From positions 1 to 64,000 of the forward strand of contig JAMDHS010000088.1 of the NCBI GenBank assembly GCA_029717555.1: 64,000 nucleotides of DNA, written 5' to 3'. Below the pieces are notes generated by a model. The model searched no databases. It saw only the letters and a program-made list of their open reading frames with translations, and was not told the origin of the DNA. This DNA comes from Peribolospora baueri (Eukaryota). The translations under genes were made by a program, and so were the position numbers. Every line of letters begins with the position of its first letter. Position 1 is the first letter of the stretch. Shown here one piece after another: positions 56,357 to 64,000 of this stretch.

Positions 56357-58563
56357 TCACTCCTCGCCCATGGGGACCTCTTCCGCGTCGCCTTCCATGC
56401 CCTCCTCCTCGCCCTCTTGCTCAGGCCAAGCGGCAGGGACCGAGTAGAGTCGCACGACAGGCTGAAGGCAAGAGCAAGCCAGTGTCAGCGACAGGGCGCA
56501 CAGCAAGCGAGGGCCGAAAGATTTCTCACCCTGTTGGGATCCTTGACAAGCACGTACTTGCCCTCGGGCGCGCGCATGGCGAGGTCGCAAACGGTGCGCA
56601 CGATGCCCCATCCATTGGCCAAGTTGAGGTTCATCTGCGCCGCAAAGTCTCTTGGCTTGTACGACTGCGTGCCCAGGATGACGTGTCGCGCGGCATCCCT
56701 CGGCGAGGCACGGGAGACGTAGCTGCAAAAAGCGACGGAGAATTAGCATTGGAATAAGATGGCTGCGAGATAGCGAGTACGAGCGCTGTTGATAGGCGCT
56801 GTCGATAGAAAAATGTAGCCATCCATTAGAAAATACTCTCACTCACCCCATCTTCATATTCTCCGCACCAGCCAGGATGCTCTGAACAGCCCAGCGAGCG
56901 AGCTTGCACGAGTTGTTCTTCATCTCGGTTGCCACAACCGCACCGCGCTGGCTGTCCAGCGCCTTTCTCCAGTCGGGAGCACCACCAGCGCCCTGGGCTC
57001 GCGAATCGAACTCGTTGAGCGTCTTGATGGTGATGTACTGGTTCGCCTCGCCGTTCGCGCCCGGCACCACCGAGTCCACCTCGGTACGCACGACCAGCTG
57101 CACGTCCTCCTCCTCCGTCGTGCTCAGATCGAACCGGCGGTAACGATATCCGCATGACGCCAGGGGATCCTGTTCGTCCGGGCTGTAAAACGGGTTGGCA
57201 TTCTGCAACTCGATGGGGCCAAGGTTCTCGTTGACGACCTGGAACGCGAAGTTCTGGTTCACGTAGGTGGCCTCGAGTGACAGCGCAGAAGGGCTATTGA
57301 TGTGGTCCTTGATATCCTTGCCGTCCGTCGGCTCCATCGGCGGGTCCGCCGCATTTTCGTTTACCGTGACGAAATCGAACGGCCCGCCATCGCGTTTGTC
57401 GAGGAAGAGCTTGCCATCGGTCGTCTTCACCATGATGATATCCCAAGGGTAAATGGAGCGAGTGGCGCACATAAGAAGAGAGAGAATCGAGTCGGTGATG
57501 AAGATCGTGCCTTTGTTCCTTGCAGCGAGCTGGAGGGCGAAGATGGGAAAGCAGACGCGCGTAGTCAGCGCATCCGGCCTTCAATTTCTGTCTGCTTGGG
57601 TAGAAATGAAAGAAGAACGCACGTCTTGAATGATAGGATCATCAGACGTGGTTGGGTTGTAGCGAATCCGGTCGAGGATCTGCAAAGGCTTTTCGAACTT
57701 GGTGCTGTTGATCCGGTCGTACGTCTTGTCGTACGGGTACAGCGTGCCATACGATGTGCTGTGCAGGGAGATCGTCAATGAAAACGGAACGAGGGAGGGA
57801 CGTCAAAATGAGAGTAACGACCACGCGAGAGCTCTTAGCGGTGGCAACCCACATGTCTTCCGCATCGTCGACGTCCAGGCGGAGCTTCGCCAGCCGAGTA
57901 AAGTCTATCTCCTCGACCAACTCCCACTCAGGTCCTACAGTGACAGAAGGCTCGCGCGTGCGCTGTGGCTACGATATGCCGCCGTCAGCAATCAAACCGG
58001 TCAATGTCAGGGTCTGACTCATAATAAGCTTTAGAGAGAAACTGTCGAGACAAAGTGGCGCTCACCCGGTCCCAGTCCTTCCAGCCGAACCTGCGCCTGC
58101 CCTGGAACCCACCACGCTGGCCACCTTGAGCACCGCCCCGGCCAAATCCGCCGCGACCGCCTCTTCCGCCACCGGGGCCACCGCCAGCACCACCCCTGCC
58201 TCTGCCCCTCTGGAAGCCAGAGAGGCCACCCCTCTTGCTGGTCGCTCTCGCGTTGTCGACAATACTGAAGCTGCCCTCGTCGTCTCCGTGGAAATATGCA
58301 AAGGCGTTGCTGGCACTGGCGCCATAGTTCGCCTGCTGGGCATACCGCTGGTTCTGCTTGCGCTGGCCTCCGCCGCCGCCCGTCGCAGAGCGGTCGTCAC
58401 GGCCAGCGTCCGCGTTCCAGTCGGCAACCCGCCCGAGCTTGTCGGCCTTAGAAAAGGGCGTATACGGGATACCTACAAACTGCGGAGGGACAGAGCTGGC
58501 AGGAGGGCCCCAATTGCCGTCTGGGCCGGTCGGCAGGTCGGAGGGAAGCGAGAAGGAAGCCAT
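56357..58563 (-). CDS. EIF3D: Translation initiation factor eIF3 subunit D
   Basis: [63 protein letters not shown] and YVLVKDPN. Confidence 0.96.
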
Positions 58564-58984
58564 GGCGAGCGACTTCGGTGGTTGGATGGAGGATAAAGAT
58601 GACAGAACGTACAGCGAAGAATACGGATATCGAGCTGGAAGAAGACATAACCCTAACTCGTCGACTAGAGCGCTTTTAGGTGAGTGACGCGTGGGTTGTT
58701 CATCCTCAATAGCTTCCTTCGTCGAAAGCGATTCGAAGGGTTTCCAGACTCCAGCGGGTATCCTCTCGCTCGTCAGTGGTGTCATGGGTGCCGGAACCGA
58801 GAAACAGCAATCTTATTCCTAGTCACGACAACGGTGGAATCGAAACGCAAGAACAGCTGGACCGCTCTATGTGAAAACCATTCCGTACAGGGTATGCCAA
58901 TGGTATGAAGTCTTCGTCGCCCATCCCAGCCCGTTCGTACCCAAGAGAAAGGTAAAAGGCTCCGAGGCCGTAGTCGAAAAATGC

Positions 58985-61468
58985 CTACTCAGGGTCAACG
59001 CCTTCCGGCAAGAAGGCGATCATGTACTCTGCGAAGGGGGACACACCAAAAGCTTTCTCAGGACGGAAAGCAACCGAATCGGCGCCCAGGGCGAAAGGTC
59101 GTGGAGAGGAGCAGCTTACCGATCTCGTGCCTCAACAGCGCACAATACAAGTCTTTTGAATCCAGAGCATAAAAGATTGTTCACGGTTAGACCTTGGCTA
59201 CGAAAACCGGCACGCGGAGATTGTACTCGCCGAGAGGATGGTCGGATTGATCGTCTCCGAAAGGCATCTCAATTTCTGCAGCTGGAGAGAAGAGGCCGGG
59301 AAAATGATTTTGTTAGAAAATATCGGCAGTCCGGACTGGGTGCATTGTGCCTACCAATGCCCTCGATCCCCTGCAAGGACAGACGAGTCAGGTGAGCCTT
59401 AGCACATGAGCGAATGAGCGGTGGAGTGCACGCACCATCAATGTGACCGCCACCACGGTCGCCAGCGGAATCATCTTCCAGCCCATTTCTCCAACCAGGG
59501 TCAACGGCTGTGGGGAAGTAGGTGAAAAAAAGGTCAGAACTTGCTAATCGTATGCCACAGTGCATCAGATGAGAACTCACGAGGACGATGAGGTACAACA
59601 TCAATGTCTGCTTGAGGTGGATGCCGTAAATGACCGGGATGGTGGTGGTTCTATCAGAGAATCCCATTCCCGTTCACACATATCAGTACCTTGTATTGGC
59701 CTAAAAGAGCCGCATGGAAAATGACTCACGCGATGCGTTCCATGCTTCCAAGTTGCTGCGTCATATCTCCGACGCTGGGGGCCGTCAAGAGCGAGTCGAT
59801 GAGCAGCCGTCAATAGACTTAAATAATCGTCTGCACTTCTTCTACATCGGTGACTCACAGGGTGTTTAGGGTGTTGAAACCTGCAGGGCCTAACGACTCC
59901 ATCAGACCTGAGCGGCGAGCGCCGCCTAGATAGCGGCCAACCTCGTGGAGAATCCTAAAGGACGAAGGCAGACAATACCGTCATGAGAAGACCGAAATTT
60001 CCTTAGCGGAGGGAGGAGCTAGCAAAACCCGTACCATGCCTGCACGTCCAGCTGGTCCTAACAGAACACGAACGCTCACAACAAGGGCAAAGAGATCGCG
60101 TTCGTTCCCAGGCCTTCGGCGGCGGCAATGCTGAGCATGCTTGCCGATCTGTCCAACAAGTAAGCCCTTTCCTCTTCCATTCTTGTTGCACTTGCCGTGT
60201 CTCCGCGGAGGGTGCCATAGCGACTCTGAGCAGGCGACGAGGAAGAAGATGAAATCCTGGAGCCAGAGGCCAATGCCGTGCTCGTAGTTGCAAACGTTGG
60301 GGTTTGGCGGCCGGAGGAGGCAACGCCTTTGCGCGTCGCGCCCGACTCGATATCTTCGTCCACGTCACCGGCTCCTTTTAAGTTGGCGGCACCTTTCTGT
60401 TCATCTGGAATGGGCTTCGATATTGGCGGCGTGGAAAGACCGTTTCCCTGCCCTGCTCTCCACAGTTTCTTGACGTCCTCCGGCAGCAAACCATGCAAGT
60501 CGTCGTAGTCGGCGCCGTTTTCGCCGCGGACGTGATGCTTCGTGGCGACAAAGAAGGCAATGAGCAAGCGGAGGATGCGGACCTTGGACGCAAGACGGAA
60601 GGCCTTGGTAGCCTGATGATCATCCAAATCAGCGGATCCGGCCGAAGACTTCGCTGTGCCGGAGGATTCCGTCGCCGACTTGGACATGTCCTCCAAACCT
60701 TCGATAGATATCGACGAGAAGAGCACGGGAGCGGTTTTGGCTCTCTTTTTGAGAAGAGCCACGTCTGGTTTTGCGGAGGTGTCTACGTTAAACCACACCA
60801 GACGGGCAACGTTGCGGATATCGGTGATCTTCCAGAGAGGTGGACAGGAAACGTGAGCGCGATGGGACAAAAGCCAGAGATGACCCGGCGTACGAATCTC
60901 ACCATGGCTTGTATGTCCTTCCTTCCCTCATACCAGCGATCGTAAGAAGTAGCGTTTCGGAAAACGAGCAATAGTCCAACAACGACTGAAATATGGGGCA
61001 TACTGTACTCAGATGAGGGGGGAAGATGAATGCTGAGCGGCGTGGCTGACTCCTCATCAAGCTGCGCTCCCCCGACGAGTCCAAGTAGACGCGCCACCTG
61101 CTTACATCGAGTTGGAAAGGTGCCATCCCAAGCTCTTGTTAGCAACAGCTACGATCGAAGCCCATAAGGTAATGCAGAAAACCGGGAAGACGATGCTATG
61201 TAGTACCTGCGGAGACGGGGTGGGACACGGTTCGGTTTCACTTCCGGTTAATTGCAGAGCGACGGCTGTCGACGGTCCATCCATTACGCCATGGCATGTC
61301 CCACGCTCATGTACTCACGCTGCCTCGCACTCGAAACGCATCCCTCATAAAGCTCGAAGGCGTGAGCTTGGGCTTGAGCATGTCTCTCGCCTGCTCCCGC
61401 AAGACGTGCTCGTAGGCCGAAGCGGCCGAGCGGCGGTTGAAGGAGACGAACGAGCCGAAGACGTTCAT
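58985..61468 (-). CDS. Bestrophin-like (UPF0187/YneE-type) membrane channel; start codon 61468 or 61381
   Basis: VVGLLLVFRNATSYDRWYEGRK, FVATKHHVRGE, MERIATTTIPVIYGIHL and GIEGI-AEIEMPFGDD. Confidence 0.88.
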
Positions 61469-61864
61469 CCTGTCTTCCTACTGGACGTACAATGCTGCGA
61501 AGTGAGAATGAGGATGCGAAGCGAGTCAGGCGAACGTTTATTCAAGATTCACTTCTTTCGGCAGACGTCGTCTCCGCCGAAGTGGGGCGCTGTCGGCGCT
61601 TGCCTTCATTAAGGGTCAGTCACATGACCATTGCCCAACCCCTACGGGTGCTGGTATCGTCTGGCGTCGTTTGTAACATGGGGGAACGACTAGGTAAGAT
61701 CTGCCAGTATGTGGTGCCGCGGCAAAGCAGCGTTCACGAAAACGATAAACAGCACCAAAGAACTACAAGTACACATTCAAACGTTCATGGTCTACAAAAA
61801 CGGCGACGAAAGAAGAGAAGACGCGGCCGTCGAGAGCGTAAAGCAACCACCGCGAAACCCGCAC

Positions 61865-63791
61865 TCAAGCCCCAGACTGCAGCTCTTTCATCCTCTCCTG
61901 CAATCTCCTGGCCTCGCTGACGGTGACGGCCTCCTCGACCCACCCACCCCTCCACGTCTCTGCCCTCCTAATCTCCTCCCGCCCCAAACCGCCCCCGGGC
62001 GCCGTCGCACCAGGTGCCTTGTCGTCGCCACCGAGGATCAGCTCGAGATCTCGCGCCTGGGAGCGGATCCAGTTTTGAAGGAAAGTTTGTGGGGAGGTCG
62101 CGAAAGAGGTGAGAAAGTCGCGCTTCAGCTTGGCGTTGCGGATGGAGAGCGCCGTTTGGGCGATCTGTAAATAAGAAAATAAGGGACGCCGAACGAGATG
62201 AAACGAGACGGGGAGGCATCATTTGATCGCGACATCAGCCGCCGTTCTCTATTCAAGCCCCCAAGGGTCGTCGGCACAAGGTGTGCAACGTGAACGTAAC
62301 AGATCGCCAGGAACATTCACCTGCTCGTCAATTTCTGCGATCTCCCTGGTCGTCTTGCTCTGTGGGTCAAGCCCGGCAAGGACGGAGTGCATCTTGTTTT
62401 TGATCGGGTCATCCATTTCAATCTCGATGTCGTACGCCACCGGATGGATGTGGTGTTCAGTGTCGACACTGGATGCAGAGAATGAAGAAAAATCGAGTTA
62501 ACGGGGAGTTTGAGCCTTCGCTTGAAGATTGCACTGTCCTACCACACAGATCTAGAAACCTACCGAACGATGTACTCCAAAACAATAGGCTCTGGTGGAC
62601 GAAGAAACTGGTTGACGATCTGAGGCAGGTGCTGGAACATGCATCCTTCCGCACGGAAGATCTGTGGAGAAGGGGAGGAAAAGCAAGACCAAGTCATGCG
62701 GAGTACAATATGAGCGAGACTTCCTCTTCGCGCCGCTACGACGTCAATTGTCGTTCTTCCACGCCTCTGCTCTCCCTTCACTCTCACCTTCTTCAACGGT
62801 TCGTCAAACTTGATCGCCCTCCGGTCGCCCTCGTCCTGAAGCCTGTTGTTCTTGATATATCCCCACAAAGCGCTAATAACGCCAGCTCTGGTCTCCTCCT
62901 TGATATCCAAAAGCTCTCCCAATCCCGGGTCAATGCGGTACCTCTCCGGGACGTGGTCAAGGTAGATCATAATCTTAGCCTTGCAAGGCGAGTCGCCGAG
63001 CCTCTTGATCTCGAAGCCGTCCATCGCAGGCTGGCCGGGTACGCGTCGCCATTCAATGAAGTTGGAGTCAGGATACAGCGCCGGGTCGCGGTCGAGCTCG
63101 ACGGAAAGGGATCGGATCAGGTTGGAGAACCGGAACGCTCCTGATGCCGCGGCGGCCGCGTTCGCCTCGACTACGGCGGCGGCGCGCGATTTGGTCGCGG
63201 GCTGTCGACAGCCATGGAGAGAGTAAGCAAAACGGCGGGTCCTCGAACATGAGCGGCGGATGCACGCATCCATCCAACGAGTCGAGGCTCACTCACCTCC
63301 AACAGCCTGCCTTCGATTTTCAGAGTCCAACTGGGCGGACCGTCCTTTTCCCTCGTTGACGACGCAGCCCCATCCTCCTTTCCATCCTCGTCCATCCCCT
63401 CTCCTCCACCCTCCTTTTTCTCCTTCTCCTCCTCCCCAAACCCTTGATTCGCCGCCAAGTTGCTCAGAAACACGCGCAAGATCCGTTTCGTCCGCACAGG
63501 CCTCGCCATGCCGTCCTGGATCTCCGTGCGCTTGCGGGTAATCGTCCAATCCAGACGCTTCTCGAAGGATTGCAGGTCCGTGTAAAGTGCTGACTCTGGT
63601 ACCACTGAGGACAGGGACGAGGGTAAGGTACGATCCGTTGGTCGCTTCTGTACACGTCCAGCCGCCGTCGCTGCCGTTGCTCCTGCCGCGGCGACGGCAG
63701 CCGCGTGGGCCTGAGCCTGAGCCTGAGCCTGGCTGGCAGGGTTGTTAGGCGCGCCCACATGGGGCGTTGATTGGGGGTGATGTGGCAGCAT
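61865..63791 (-). CDS. SNF12: SWI/SNF-RSC BAF60/Snf12-family SWIB-domain subunit (5' end may extend further)
   Basis: KRPTDRTLP...ESALYTDLQSFEKRLDWTITRK, WTLKIEGRLL, DGFEIKRLGD, ALWGYIKNNRLQD and WIRSQARDL. Confidence 0.9.
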
Positions 63792-64000
63792 CGGGATGGA
63801 TCGAGCCGGGAAACAGAACGAACGGGTGGATATGAGTGGGAAGGACCAAATCGCGTCGGAGCGAGCACGACGGCAATGGTAACCCTACTCTTCCACGGAA
63901 AAGAAATGCCACCTGCGCGACTCGATCGAGCGTTCGCCGCCTCGCTCGCCCCACGGACGAGTGTCCCGCCTATGCTTCGCCCGCCGCACCGGCCGCCCAC

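Overview
GC-rich, intron-dense fungal genomic DNA. The short GT-AG introns and protein motifs fit a basidiomycete, and Pucciniomycotina is an inference. Recognisable spliced housekeeping genes, in order: cytochrome c, Rsp5/NEDD4 HECT ligase, Arg-specific carbamoyl-phosphate synthase large chain, Nup82, Nsp1/Nup62, ARMC8/Vid28, a Fus3/Kss1-type MAPK, TFIIIC Tfc4, mitochondrial RRF, a small 104-aa spliced membrane protein not seen whole in the ORF track, UGP1, a Sut1-like sugar transporter, Ran, eIF3d, a bestrophin-like protein and SWI/SNF BAF60. There are two accessory zones. The first (0.4-4.1 kb) has a copia remnant, a fold-back made of two inverted Zn2Cys6-domain copies behind a TATA box, and an intronless bacterial-type SAM methyltransferase pseudogene split by an inversion. 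The second (17.5-28.3 kb) has a decayed tyrosine-recombinase (DIRS/Ngaro) retroelement with an inverted RNase H segment, a LYS1 fragment, a low-GC island and a collapsed Ty3/gypsy element. Exon boundaries were read by eye and family assignments come from recalled motifs, not database searches.
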